A stretch of DNA of 64,000 nt from Candidatus Latescibacterota bacterium (GCA_965226795.1 CBDDDZ010000005.1:1696001-1760000); one strand, 5' to 3'. Counted from the stretch's first letter, positions 21,074 to 31,512 are shown. A program made the numbers and translations. The notes: generated from the letters alone by a model not told the origin.

Positions 21074-21256
21074 GCAAGGGTAGAGGCGCGGGTTTGCATC
21101 AGTAACCGGCAGTGGACGGCGGACCCACAACTGCCGGATGAAAGGGTAAACCTGCCGAAGTTCGGTACTCCCGCCGCCGGGATGGACGGGCTGGGCTGCT
21201 GGATAAGATCCAGCGGACTGTCATGGGAAACAGCGTCCCGTGGAGCGCTCTCTTGC
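21074..21256 (+). ncRNA. Lysine riboswitch (L-box)
   Basis: Conserved elements in order: AGAGGCGC, AGTA, GAAAGG, GCCGAAG, CTGGG, ACTGTC, GGAGCGCT; P1 GCAAGGG/CTCTTGC; directly upstream of asd. Confidence 0.92.
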
Positions 21257-21283
21257 GATGTGGCCATGCTGCGTTTCGATCGT

Positions 21284-21325
21284 AGCCGGCGATGTCTCTA
21301 CCTTTGGACATGCCGGCTGTTTTTG
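21284..21325 (+). terminator. Attenuator terminator of the lysine riboswitch expression platform
   Basis: AGCCGGCGATGTC...GACATGCCGGCT followed by GTTTTTG, between the aptamer and the asd start. Confidence 0.75.
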
Positions 21326-21428
21326 TGGCGCCTGTTCTCGCAAGAACGCAGACCGCGGATCTCCGGACCGGTGCACTCGTCGAAACTGCGGCGGGCTGCT
21401 GAAATCTCTCTCTCAGAAGGAACGGATT

Positions 21429-22511
21429 ATGGACAGACTCAAAGTAGGCATTCTGGGCGCGACCGGCATGGTCGGTCAGCGCTTCGTTTCATTGCTCGAA
21501 GACCACCCCTGGTTCGAAGTCGTCGCGGTTGCCGCCAGCCCTCGGTCGGCGGGCAAGACGTATCGTGAAGCCGTTGCAGGCCGCTGGACCCTTTCCACGG
21601 ATATTCCTCCGGCCATTGCGGACCTGGCGGTAAGGAACGTCAACGAGGTGGAAACCATTGCGGGTAAGGTCGATTTCGTCTGTTCGGCGCTCGATATGGA
21701 TAAAGACGACATCCGCAACCTCGAGAACGCCTATGCCCGACGGGAAACGCCCGTGGCATCCAACAACTCCGCCCATCGGTGGACTTCGGACGTACCCATG
21801 CTCATGCCCGAGATCAACGCGGGGCACGTGGCCATCATCGAGGCTCAGCGCAAGCGTCTGGGCACCCGGTCCGGCTTTGTCGCCGTCAAGCCGAACTGCT
21901 CGATACAGCCCTATGTCCCTGCATTTGAGGCATTGGCGGACTTCAGGCCCCAAAGGGCATCCGTATGCACCTACCAGGCTATTTCCGGCGCCGGAAAAAC
22001 CTTTCATTCGTGGCCTGAAATGGTCGATAACATTATCCCCTTCATTGGTGGGGAAGAGGAAAAGAGCGCCTTGGAACCACTGAAAATCTGGGGCGCGATT
22101 CGCAACGGCGAAATCCGGAACGCCAACGGCCCGATAATCTCCGCGCAATGCATTCGAGTGCCCGTCAGCGACGGACATATGGCGGCCACGTCGGTGTCGT
22201 TTGAATGTAAGCCCTCGCGGGAACAGGTTATCGATTCCTGGCGAAATTTCCAGGGGGATCCGAAGGCGGCCAACCTGCCGTCTTCTCCGAGGCCGTTCCT
22301 GACTTATTTCGAGGAAGAAGACCGCCCGCAGACACGGTTGGACCGGGATGCGGGCAACGGCATGGGCGTGACGCTAGGGAGGCTGAGGGAAGACAACCTG
22401 TTCGACTACAGATTTATCGCCCTGAGCCACAACACGGTTAGGGGAGCGGCGGGCGGCGCCATTCTCATGGCCGAATTGCTTGCGGCGGAAGGTTATCTGC
22501 AGCCAAAATAG
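21429..22511 (+). CDS. asd: Aspartate-semialdehyde dehydrogenase (archaeal/fungal-like subtype)
   Basis: GATGMVGQRF, KPNCS catalytic Cys, YQAISGAG, RVPVSDGH, HNTVRGAAG. Confidence 0.95.
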   Translation: MDRLKVGILGATGMVGQRFVSLLEDHPWFEVVAVAASPRSAGKTYREAVAGRWTLSTDIPPAIADLAVRNVNEVETIAGKVDFVCSALDMDKDDIRNLENAYARRETPVASNNSAHRWTSDVPMLMPEINAGHVAIIEAQRKRLGTRSGFVAVKPNCSIQPYVPAFEALADFRPQRASVCTYQAISGAGKTFHSWPEMVDNIIPFIGGEEEKSALEPLKIWGAIRNGEIRNANGPIISAQCIRVPVSDGHMAATSVSFECKPSREQVIDSWRNFQGDPKAANLPSSPRPFLTYFEEEDRPQTRLDRDAGNGMGVTLGRLREDNLFDYRFIALSHNTVRGAAGGAILMAELLAAEGYLQPK

Positions 22512-22665
22512 GAGCACGGTCCGGCAGCCGCGGCACGTATTGACCGGCACCGGGCGACTCCGCCGGAAAGAAGAGTTGAGAAAAACATACCCCCTGGCGT
22601 ACGACCGGCCGGATTCAGGAATCCAACTGCGTGTCGGCATCACCTGATCGCGGTTCCGGCGGTTC

Positions 22666-25167
22666 CTAGTGCGGAACACCGTGTCGGTGCAGCCGACGGT
22701 GTATGGCCTCCCTCGCCTCCGCAAACGGCCGCTCCAGATAGGCCATATGATCCTCCTCCCCGTGGTGATGGGTTACCTCTCCCGGCCTGTGCTGCCGGCT
22801 GTTACGGCGCATGTACGTTATGCAGCCGTCCACAAGTGTCAACATATACCGCGCAGTTTCGGAATCGAACATCCACCACTCGCCACCGCAGGCAATATAC
22901 ACCGGGGAGGTATGCGCCATAATCCCGCGCCCCCATCCGTCGAGGTGCGGCACCGCCCGGGAATAACCCGGTCCTCCGCACCGAGCGGCCAGCCAGGAAT
23001 GCGCGCCCACCTTTATATCCGCTTTCAGGCTCAGCTTTCGCGCACCCCCCGATTCTTCCGTTGAAGCAACAACACGTCCATCCTGTACTATCTGCAACGT
23101 GTGGATGGGAAGCACGCACTCGGCTTCCGCAACCGCCTCGACAGTGCCGCCGTTACCCGAAAGTCTGACTGTATCACCGATTTCGTGGCCGTCCACGGTG
23201 AACCGAATGATCGGCCCCCCGCTGTGAAAGGTTCGCCCGGCGGCCATGTTCCTGCACCAGGTTTCGTAGGTGAACGGCTCATCCTCGGGAATCTTCACGT
23301 ACGTCCTGTAAATGCCCACGGGAACATCGCTGCTCATCTTATCGGTACCGCCCACGAGCGGCAGCCTGTACCCGCTGTTGAGATACCGATAGTACTCGTT
23401 GTGATTGTACATCGTGTGTCGGAGCATCTCAACCGCGTCGGCCCTGCCCGTGGCGATCAGCGTGGCCGGCTCGCCGTTGGGATTGGGTAAATGGGGAATG
23501 ATTACCTTTCCGCCCTGTGCGTGACATCGATCAGCCCAATCCGACATCGTCACCTCCAGCGTACCGCCCATCTCCGCTTCCCCGGGGCCGTCGGAGCACC
23601 ACGGCATCACGGTTTCTTTCAGACCGAGCAGAATCAGATGACCCAGAAAGTGCTGCCGGTTTTCCGATCCGACATAGACAATACTGCTCCCGTCCGGAGA
23701 CACACTCGCTCTGCCGGTAAACTCCTCGGTGTTGGTAAAGAGGTCGCCCCACTGCGACGGCAATAGATTGACAACGTTGAGATCCTCTCCCTGAGCCTCG
23801 GTGTGGCTTCCCTGTGTTGAAAGAAAATGGACATGCGAATCCCCGCTGAACCACCGCTCGTTATTCATGCTGCACCAGCGTTTCAGACGCAGTTCCAGTT
23901 CCCGCTGCCCGGATCTGATCTCCACCGCGGTGCGCAGCGGTTCATACTCGAATCCCCTGGCCACATCCACGATGACCTTCCCTCTGGGCAACCAGCCCTG
24001 ACAGGTGCCGTTCGTATACGCGTACGTAATCTGACCCATCCGTACGTCGCCGCCCACATCGATATGCCATGTGCCAAGGTTGGAATTCACGTGCGGATGG
24101 TGCCCGTGCGGTGCGTACGGTATCCCCTCTGGCGACCTGAAGTGCACCCGGCAAGGTACCGGTTTCCCCGTCTCGTCATCGATCACACGGGTGTGTACCC
24201 AGTTGCGTCCGCGGTTCACGACCTCGACCTTTAACGCGCGGGTCTCAACCGTACCCCGTTTCTCCAACTCCCCCCAGTTTATGGCGCCGAGTGTTTCGGA
24301 GCCCTGCATTACGGTGACGGTTGCGGAAGGAATCGCGGCCACCTCAACATAGGCGGGACTGCTCGCCGGATTTTGCGGTTCCCCCCAGCCCTTCCAATCG
24401 TCCATCAGGAAATCATCCGACGCCTGCGCCGGCAACGGATAGGGGTACGTGGCAATCCCCCGATCCACCTTCACATCCAGGTCGAACGGTTTTTCAGCCT
24501 CCTTCTGCCTGGGCAGCGTTATCAACACTTCTCGCGGCGCCTCCCGTGAAAACGGATGCTCGGGGGTATGACCCAGCGTGATGCCTCCAATGACAAACCG
24601 GGGACCAGCGGGAATCACCTCCAGGCGTTCAATCGTGCGGTCCGGGTGCGGATTCTTCCAGACCCAGAGGGTGAAGCTTTGCGAACGGCCCTGCACCGCC
24701 TCGGTCTGACGTCGTCCGGCGTCGCCCCACCTTCCTTCATGACGCGGCAGCATTCCGTCGGTCTGGTCCTGAACAGCGACGAACGGCAGCCCCGCAGACG
24801 CCGGTACTGTACCAATCTCGAACCGGTCCCGGATCAGTGCCGAAACGACGGCGCCGCCTGCGAGATGAAAGCGATATTCCGCGACGTGCTCACCTATCGG
24901 ACCGTTGTCCGGAATCCGGGAATCGAGCAACCGGTGCGCCACAACCACCCGCAGCGCCGTCTTTTCTACCGGGACGGATACCGGTCGCTTCGATATCCCC
25001 CCGCCGAAACCCAGCAGACAGGGTGCTGCCTCCGTATCCGCGCGCCCGATCAAAAACGGAAGCCCCTGGTAGTGCCGGACGCCGGCAGATACATCCGATC
25101 CGTCACCCAGATACTCCGGACCCGCGTTGCACACCTCGGACAGATCCAGCGGTTCATATGCATCCAT
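22666..25167 (-). CDS. CehA/McbA-like PHP-domain metallohydrolase (intact paralog)
   Basis: RVHFRSP, VARGFEYEP, GDSHVHF, ENRQH, IPH, GGTDKMS, AHTSPVY. Confidence 0.8.
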   Translation of the reverse strand: MDAYEPLDLSEVCNAGPEYLGDGSDVSAGVRHYQGLPFLIGRADTEAAPCLLGFGGGISKRPVSVPVEKTALRVVVAHRLLDSRIPDNGPIGEHVAEYRFHLAGGAVVSALIRDRFEIGTVPASAGLPFVAVQDQTDGMLPRHEGRWGDAGRRQTEAVQGRSQSFTLWVWKNPHPDRTIERLEVIPAGPRFVIGGITLGHTPEHPFSREAPREVLITLPRQKEAEKPFDLDVKVDRGIATYPYPLPAQASDDFLMDDWKGWGEPQNPASSPAYVEVAAIPSATVTVMQGSETLGAINWGELEKRGTVETRALKVEVVNRGRNWVHTRVIDDETGKPVPCRVHFRSPEGIPYAPHGHHPHVNSNLGTWHIDVGGDVRMGQITYAYTNGTCQGWLPRGKVIVDVARGFEYEPLRTAVEIRSGQRELELRLKRWCSMNNERWFSGDSHVHFLSTQGSHTEAQGEDLNVVNLLPSQWGDLFTNTEEFTGRASVSPDGSSIVYVGSENRQHFLGHLILLGLKETVMPWCSDGPGEAEMGGTLEVTMSDWADRCHAQGGKVIIPHLPNPNGEPATLIATGRADAVEMLRHTMYNHNEYYRYLNSGYRLPLVGGTDKMSSDVPVGIYRTYVKIPEDEPFTYETWCRNMAAGRTFHSGGPIIRFTVDGHEIGDTVRLSGNGGTVEAVAEAECVLPIHTLQIVQDGRVVASTEESGGARKLSLKADIKVGAHSWLAARCGGPGYSRAVPHLDGWGRGIMAHTSPVYIACGGEWWMFDSETARYMLTLVDGCITYMRRNSRQHRPGEVTHHHGEEDHMAYLERPFAEAREAIHRRLHRHGVPH

Positions 25168-25204
25168 TCCAGATTCCCCTTTGCCGCGACACGTCCGGTC
25201 GGTT

Positions 25205-26170
25205 CTACGTCACCCGGTTACGTGGGCGACCCTCCAGAAATGCGATGACATTGTCCACCGCGCCGCCATTCAGCAGATTTACCCCTTCCGGGGTCATGTC
25301 GGCGCAATGAGGTGTCAACACGACCTGCTCGCAAGAAAGCAACGGATACGACGGCGGCACCGGCTCTTCGTCGTAGACGTCTATCGCCGCTCCTCCCAGA
25401 TGCCCGGACCGTAGCGCTTCCACCAGCGCGTTTGTATCCACCACCGGGCCCCGCGCTCCGTTCACAAGGATCGCGCCTTTTTTCATCAGTCCGAATTCCC
25501 GCGCACCGATCATGCCACGGCTGTCTTCGGTAAGCGCCACATGCATGCTAACGACATCGGCCTCAGCCAGCAATTCGTCCAACGTCACGAAACGCACGCC
25601 AAGCCTCCCTGCCCGTTCCGGCGATGGATTGTAGGTCCACGCGATCACATCCATCCCGATCGCACGTCCCAGTCTGGCCATCTCCGCCCCGATATTACCC
25701 GCACCCACGATGCCCAGCACTTTGCCCTGCAGGAATATGCCGTCCATCCTGGGCCACTGACCCGCTTTTATCCGCGCCGTGAAGTATGCCGCCCGTTTCG
25801 CTGCGGCGAACATCAGTCCGAGCATGTGTTCGGCCACCACCGGCGCCGTTCGTCCCGGTTGATTGCAGATGACAATGCCTTGATCTCTGGCTGCTTCCAG
25901 GTCGAACATATCGGTACCTATCGAACAACTCGTAATCATGCGCAGATCGGGCAACCCTTCGAATTCCTTTCGACCCCACGTCACGACCCCTCGTGTGTTT
26001 ATGATAACACCCGCCCCCTGCGCACGCTCGACTTTCTCTGCTGTCGATTCCGGCCTCGTATCGTACAATACCACCGGTCCGTAGGACGCCAAGCGATCCA
26101 GATGCGGAGATCCGGCAATCATCTCCGGATCGTCTCCGGGGACCAGCATCCGAACAGCTCCATCGGCCAT
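25205..26170 (-). CDS. D-isomer-specific 2-hydroxyacid dehydrogenase (SerA/glycerate dehydrogenase-like)
   Basis: VAEH, GAGNIG, VNGARG, IDVYDEEP, LTPHCA. Confidence 0.9.
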   Translation of the reverse strand: MADGAVRMLVPGDDPEMIAGSPHLDRLASYGPVVLYDTRPESTAEKVERAQGAGVIINTRGVVTWGRKEFEGLPDLRMITSCSIGTDMFDLEAARDQGIVICNQPGRTAPVVAEHMLGLMFAAAKRAAYFTARIKAGQWPRMDGIFLQGKVLGIVGAGNIGAEMARLGRAIGMDVIAWTYNPSPERAGRLGVRFVTLDELLAEADVVSMHVALTEDSRGMIGAREFGLMKKGAILVNGARGPVVDTNALVEALRSGHLGGAAIDVYDEEPVPPSYPLLSCEQVVLTPHCADMTPEGVNLLNGGAVDNVIAFLEGRPRNRVT

Positions 26171-26364
26171 ATCCAGACCTCCAGCGTGGAAAAAAAGGAC
26201 GCCGAGAATGCCGCACGCCTTACGATCGCCCTGCTTCCGGAACCCGAAAAACGGGATCGAACCTTTTCCGATTACAGAATAAACGCCCCTGGACACGGAT
26301 CGGTCCGCCGGGGAAGCTGGACCGCGCGGATGCACACATCCGCGCGGAGACCGTCTTAACATCC

Positions 26365-27555
26365 TCACCCGCCTGCCGGAATACGCGCCGGACCTTCAGA
26401 TGCCAATGTGCCCAATGCGTCGAGCAACAGGTCGATCTCCTCTTCCAGGAGGAAGAACGGCACGCTGGCGCGCAGGCCGTGTCTGGTCGTGTTGAATGCC
26501 TTGACGACAATGCGCCACCGCCCCCGCAGCGCATCCCTCACATCCGGAGGCCGCCAACCCTCCAGGTTGAATCCGACGACGGCGGCGGACAGTCCGGAGG
26601 ATAAAGGGGTGAACAGCGTGACACCCGGAATCCCGCTCAGCCCCTGCTTCAACCGGGTCGTTAGCGCTACGGTGCGCGCCCAGATCGCCTCCAGTCCGAT
26701 ATCCGACAGGTATTCCACCGCAGACGCCCACGCGTGAACAAGCGGCCATGACCAGGGTCCGAATTCAAACCTCTCTGTATTTTCCTTGAGCCTGAAACGA
26801 TGTTCCCTGAAGTCCACCCACGCCTGCGACCGGCCACCAGCATAGGTAACACGGATTTCATCACGGCTGTCCTCACGTGCGAACAACGCACCCGCGGCAT
26901 ACGGAGAATACATCCACTTATAGGAAAGAATTCCGGAAAAATCGCAGCCCACTTCGTTCAGATCAATCGGATACAATCCGGCGGAATGCGCCATGTCAAG
27001 AAACGTGATTACTCCGCGCTCCCTCGCAGCCGCACAGATCCGTTCGGCGGGCAGACGGTACCCCGAGTCTGAAATCACATGACTCAGCCCGATCAGCCTG
27101 GTACGCTCCTTGATGCGCCCGAGAACCGCATCGACCTGTCCATCTACGTCGTCCACCAGCGGTGCCCTGTCCACGATTACGCCGTACAGATCGCGCAAAT
27201 GAAGACAGGGCACCAGCAGCGCCATCTCTTCCTCTTCCGAAATCAATATACGGTCTCCGGCCTTCCAATCCAGGCCACGAATGACGGTCTGAAACGCTTC
27301 GCTCACCCCGCGCATTAAAGCCAGATCACCGGCTGTCACGCCGAAAAATCGCCCCAGGCGTTCCTTGGACCGTTCCCGACGGGGATATTCCACGTCCGGA
27401 AACGCAATGTGCATCGGACCGCGTTCGAACAATTCCCGCATCAACCCCATATGTCTCTCGGCCACGGGCGCCGGGGTGATGCTTACGCCTCCGTTCTGGA
27501 ACCACACATAGTTTTCCAGCGCCGGAAAGTCCGCCCTGATCTGCCCTATATTCAT
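26365..27555 (-). CDS. Aminotransferase class V PLP-dependent enzyme (C-S lyase/isopenicillin N epimerase-like)
   Basis: RADFP, LSHV, LDMAHSAG, SYKW (PLP lysine), LRAS; no SufS/IscS catalytic Cys loop seen. Confidence 0.85.
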   Translation of the reverse strand: MNIGQIRADFPALENYVWFQNGGVSITPAPVAERHMGLMRELFERGPMHIAFPDVEYPRRERSKERLGRFFGVTAGDLALMRGVSEAFQTVIRGLDWKAGDRILISEEEEMALLVPCLHLRDLYGVIVDRAPLVDDVDGQVDAVLGRIKERTRLIGLSHVISDSGYRLPAERICAAARERGVITFLDMAHSAGLYPIDLNEVGCDFSGILSYKWMYSPYAAGALFAREDSRDEIRVTYAGGRSQAWVDFREHRFRLKENTERFEFGPWSWPLVHAWASAVEYLSDIGLEAIWARTVALTTRLKQGLSGIPGVTLFTPLSSGLSAAVVGFNLEGWRPPDVRDALRGRWRIVVKAFNTTRHGLRASVPFFLLEEEIDLLLDALGTLASEGPARIPAGG

Positions 27556-27657
27556 TCGTCAGCGCTCCACGCGTGAACTGGAATTCCGAAACCGGCGTCC
27601 GTTGCCGATCGGTTCAACCATGGTTGCCAGTCCTACCCCCCGCTGCGATTCACCGCC

Positions 27658-28563
27658 CTAACGCCAGTGTGCGGGCAGTATAACGTCTTTCAATCCGAAA
27701 TGCCGCGCTATCCATTGCTCCTGGTAGACCCCATCCTTGTAACGCGAGTGTTCCGAGGCGCGAATCTCCGCCGGGCCCGGCATGCCATCGACCATCGCCC
27801 CAAACATTTTTCCGCTTCCCCACAGGAGGGTTGGCACCGTAATCCGAGGTGCGAAGAACAGGGGGTCGAAATAGGAAACCGTCCGGGCGACCTCCTCGCG
27901 GCGTTCCGGAAATTGCCTTAAATACTCGTTCACCTCCTCCAGCGGATAGCTTTCGGTGCCTGCCGCCCGATCCATGGTGCCGTAAAAGAATGACGGAGAA
28001 GCGACAAGATGGGTCAGGCCGCCGCGCAGAGCCGCGGACAGCAGAGGCATCTCGTTCTGGCCGATCCCCACGATGCGGCCGCGATCCGCTTCCGGCCGGG
28101 TGAGCACATAGTCCACGGCCCGACAACAATCGGCCACAATACTCCGCATAACGTAGGTTTCCGCATCTTCGATTCCGTCCACAAACAGACCCGGGAACGA
28201 CGCCGCGTAGGGCTTATCCGCGTTCCTCTGTCCCCTGGCGGCCATGGCGAATACCAGGAACCGGCGGCGTTTCTCGCTTGCATCGCCCTGAGGCAGCGGT
28301 TCCACCACACTCTGCAGGCGCGTAAAATTCAACAGCGTCGGAAACGGGCCCTCCCCCCGGGGAATGCTCAAGTAGCCGAACAGCCGATAGGGTCCGATGC
28401 CGGTGAAACGCACCCCGTAGGTCGTTGAAAACTCGCTAGACAGAATCGGCATCATTTCCTCTTCCGGCGCAATGGGCGTGGCGTCCAGCGCTTCCGTCGT
28501 GCGATTCCAGTACGCTTCAAAATCATCGGGTCTGGCCGTAGTCGGCCGAAATTGGTCCGGCAT
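27658..28563 (-). CDS. CE7/AXE1 acetyl-esterase paralog with a degenerate catalytic motif
   Basis: RPDDFEAYW, ARGQ, DCCRAVD, SYFD; the nucleophile elbow reads GIGQNEM instead of GxSQGG. Confidence 0.8.
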   Translation of the reverse strand: MPDQFRPTTARPDDFEAYWNRTTEALDATPIAPEEEMMPILSSEFSTTYGVRFTGIGPYRLFGYLSIPRGEGPFPTLLNFTRLQSVVEPLPQGDASEKRRRFLVFAMAARGQRNADKPYAASFPGLFVDGIEDAETYVMRSIVADCCRAVDYVLTRPEADRGRIVGIGQNEMPLLSAALRGGLTHLVASPSFFYGTMDRAAGTESYPLEEVNEYLRQFPERREEVARTVSYFDPLFFAPRITVPTLLWGSGKMFGAMVDGMPGPAEIRASEHSRYKDGVYQEQWIARHFGLKDVILPAHWR

Positions 28564-28619
28564 TGACGAATTCTCCTGGCGCCCGGAGGGCAGTTGCATG
28601 CTGGCCCCCCGATTCGACA

Positions 28620-29549
28620 TCAAGGATGAATTTTCAGATGTTTCTCGAAAAACGCTTCAATCACTTTACTATGCTCCACGCTGCCCGCATCGTGGGCGTG
28701 GCCGTCGTACGCATACATCCGCTTGTTATTCGATGCGATTGCCCGAAACGCCGCGTACCCGGTTTCAGGAGGGCAAATATTGTCCTGTAGTCCCACGTTC
28801 ACGATAATCGGACACGAAATTTGCGGCCCGAAGTGAATCCCGTCGAAATAGGCCAGCGTCTCCCGCACTGAGGGCTCCCTCTCGGAGTAGAGCCTCAGAT
28901 AGTCCCGTATTTCCTGGTAGGGGTAGGTATGTGTCAGCTGGATTGCATCCATAAACCCGCACAGATACGGCGCTCCAGCGGCCCCGGCCCTGGGTTCCCG
29001 GAGGGCAGCGACCACAAACGTCAATCCGCCTCCCTGGCTGCTGCCGGTTACACCGATCCGCTCTGAGTCCACCTCTTCCCGGCTGGCCAGAAAGTCGAAC
29101 GCGCGCACGGCGTCGATATAAAATCCGCGATAGGAATAGGTATTCCGATCCACAATATTGTGTGTCAACAATCCCGGATATCCGGGGTTGAACTGCCCGT
29201 TACTCCTGAGTTTTCCGCGCGGCGCGACGCTGAAAACCGCATAACCCCCTTTGGCCGCCTGTTTTGGCAATTCCGGCTCCCCGATATATCCTGGCACCTT
29301 CAGGATCGAAGGCAGCGTCCCCGTGCGCGACGCGGGCAGGCAGTACCAGCCCGCAATCCTGACACCGTCGATACTGTCAAAATGGACTTCGAATACATCC
29401 ACTTCGGGCGTCGACCTGAGTAGGCTGCGCACCACGGATGCGTTCAGGGGAATACGGTCCGCGGTGTCGAGCACATCGTCCCAAAAAGCATCGAAATTGT
29501 GCGGACGCACCATTGATGTACCGTAATTCTCTATTGCAATTCTTTCCAT
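28620..29549 (-). CDS. Acetylxylan esterase/cephalosporin-C deacetylase (CE7/AXE1)
   Basis: RPHNFDAFW, DAVRA, GVTGSSQGG, GLQDNICPP, GHAH (Ser-Asp-His triad). Confidence 0.9.
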   Translation of the reverse strand: MERIAIENYGTSMVRPHNFDAFWDDVLDTADRIPLNASVVRSLLRSTPEVDVFEVHFDSIDGVRIAGWYCLPASRTGTLPSILKVPGYIGEPELPKQAAKGGYAVFSVAPRGKLRSNGQFNPGYPGLLTHNIVDRNTYSYRGFYIDAVRAFDFLASREEVDSERIGVTGSSQGGGLTFVVAALREPRAGAAGAPYLCGFMDAIQLTHTYPYQEIRDYLRLYSEREPSVRETLAYFDGIHFGPQISCPIIVNVGLQDNICPPETGYAAFRAIASNNKRMYAYDGHAHDAGSVEHSKVIEAFFEKHLKIHP

Positions 29550-29574
29550 TCACCCTCCTTCCGACACCGAATAG

Positions 29575-31512
29575 TCAACCGCAAGTGGCGCCTTTCCGGA
29601 CAACGACAGAACTCTCCGCCCCGCGTCGTCCGAATGCATTCACCGGCCTGACAGTCAGCCTGCTCATCTGCGGATTCAGACGCCAGGTGAAGGCGGCCAC
29701 CCCCTTCTCCTGCCACACGCCGTCGTCGATTCGTATCTCAAATCCCCTCAAATTCGCGGTATCCGTATCCAGCAACACACGGAGCGTAATTTCGTCGTCG
29801 TCGGACTGTTGAAGGTGAATTACGGCCCGGTTCGGGGTCCAGTAAAGGTCGCCGGGGCGCTCCGTATGCTCGGAAAACCATGGCAGTCCGGGCGTGTCCG
29901 CGTCCTGCCAGAACAGATATCTGTTGAAGTGATAGGATATTTTACCATGTTCGGGCTCTCCGGGCCCCATTGTGTCCAGTTCGTCGTTCCGAAGGGAGAT
30001 CATAAAGCGTTCGAACAATTCCAGGCGCCTGGCCACCTGAAACTTATCGGCAATCGCAGGCGGCGGCTCGGGAACGATCTTTACATCGGCGTAATCCTGT
30101 TCCACCCACGCTCGGTGCGCCTCCAGTGCGGTGAGCGGCACCCCCCGGCGCTCAAAATGGTATGTGAATTTGGTCTCGTCGTTGGGGTCTCCACCCACAT
30201 CCATTGCAACCCATTTGCCGTGCTGGTTCGACCAGACTTCATTGATACAATGTGAACGCATTATCTGAGTTCTCGCCGTAAATCCCAGAGCGGCGCTACA
30301 ATGCGACATCACAGTCGCATAGTGTGTGCACATCCCGAGGCTCAATTTGCGACTCGCAAGGCTCAGAATAACCATGGCGTCCCAAGGTGGGCAGAATTCA
30401 ATTTCACCCATGTTCCAGCCGTCCTCCCACTGCTCCCTCACCCACTGCCGCAAGTGCAGGAACGCCTCGAACTCGGACTTTGCGGGCCGGATCACATCGT
30501 CCAGTCTCCACCGCTCCCGCAGGATCTGCCCACGTTTTGAGTCCGCGGGCAGATGTGAAAACCGGTAGGAACTCCGAACCAGCGCCGGGTTGGCGGAATC
30601 GACGATCCTTGCCACCGGCTGTGTAACCCGCGCGGTTACCGAAAGCGACACTGCCACCACCTCCGGCGTCATCGATGGCTGACCTGACCGCATGACGATG
30701 CGCCACTGCAGGAACCGGATGGAGCTGGCCGGTTCTATCGATTCGGACACGGGCGCCCACGCCGTCCAGGTTTTCGGGCTGTACGCCGGACAAGGCCCGC
30801 CCCGCCACTGCAAGTTCGTGGTGCATCCCGCGGGCGTCCGAACGTCGGCCGACAACCGGATATTTGCCACGCTGCCTGCGGCGGCGATCCCGCCAGTGGA
30901 GACAAGACCGAGCAGATCCACGGCATTGGAACAGATCTCGCCCGTCTCCGCAATTTGATCCAGCCAGAGCCGAACCATATATTCTCCGCAAGCCCCATGA
31001 TTTACTCCCATTTCCTCCGAACGCCAGGTCTGACCGCCGTCTTCACTAACGGCGCTTCGTTTCGGCTGTACGCTCTCTTCCACCAACAATGTCCACGCCG
31101 CATCGGCTACAGCTCTGAAAATCACCTGGTTCTCGCCCGCGCTGAGCCAGTGGGTGGGAATCTCCACTGGCCGCCAACGGTCCTCCCAATAAGTACGGTC
31201 GCCGGGCCAGCCAATCCTCAACGAATGACCGTTCACGTCAATCTCCAACTCTCCGCCGGCACTGTCACACAGCAGATACGGGCATAGCAGCGCACGGGAA
31301 GCGCCCAATACGGGAATAAAGAATATCTTTCGGGCTTGCCGCAGCCCCAAGACCGTCTCCCGATCGTTAAGACTGCAGTTGCCCATTTCGTCCGCGACGG
31401 TAATCCCTCGCCTGAGCCTGACGGTGTTCTCCGTTATGGAGATTCCCCTGCCCGTACACGCCACGAAATCGCGGCGTGTACACCAGACTCTGGTGCCGTG
31501 CGCCAATGTCAT
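29575..31512 (-). CDS. Transglutaminase-like domain protein with an uncharacterised N-terminal region
   Basis: GMCTHYA (Cys) ... HCINEVWS..GKWVAMD (His, Asp) transglutaminase-like triad. Confidence 0.7.
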   Translation of the reverse strand: MTLAHGTRVWCTRRDFVACTGRGISITENTVRLRRGITVADEMGNCSLNDRETVLGLRQARKIFFIPVLGASRALLCPYLLCDSAGGELEIDVNGHSLRIGWPGDRTYWEDRWRPVEIPTHWLSAGENQVIFRAVADAAWTLLVEESVQPKRSAVSEDGGQTWRSEEMGVNHGACGEYMVRLWLDQIAETGEICSNAVDLLGLVSTGGIAAAGSVANIRLSADVRTPAGCTTNLQWRGGPCPAYSPKTWTAWAPVSESIEPASSIRFLQWRIVMRSGQPSMTPEVVAVSLSVTARVTQPVARIVDSANPALVRSSYRFSHLPADSKRGQILRERWRLDDVIRPAKSEFEAFLHLRQWVREQWEDGWNMGEIEFCPPWDAMVILSLASRKLSLGMCTHYATVMSHCSAALGFTARTQIMRSHCINEVWSNQHGKWVAMDVGGDPNDETKFTYHFERRGVPLTALEAHRAWVEQDYADVKIVPEPPPAIADKFQVARRLELFERFMISLRNDELDTMGPGEPEHGKISYHFNRYLFWQDADTPGLPWFSEHTERPGDLYWTPNRAVIHLQQSDDDEITLRVLLDTDTANLRGFEIRIDDGVWQEKGVAAFTWRLNPQMSRLTVRPVNAFGRRGAESSVVVRKGATCG

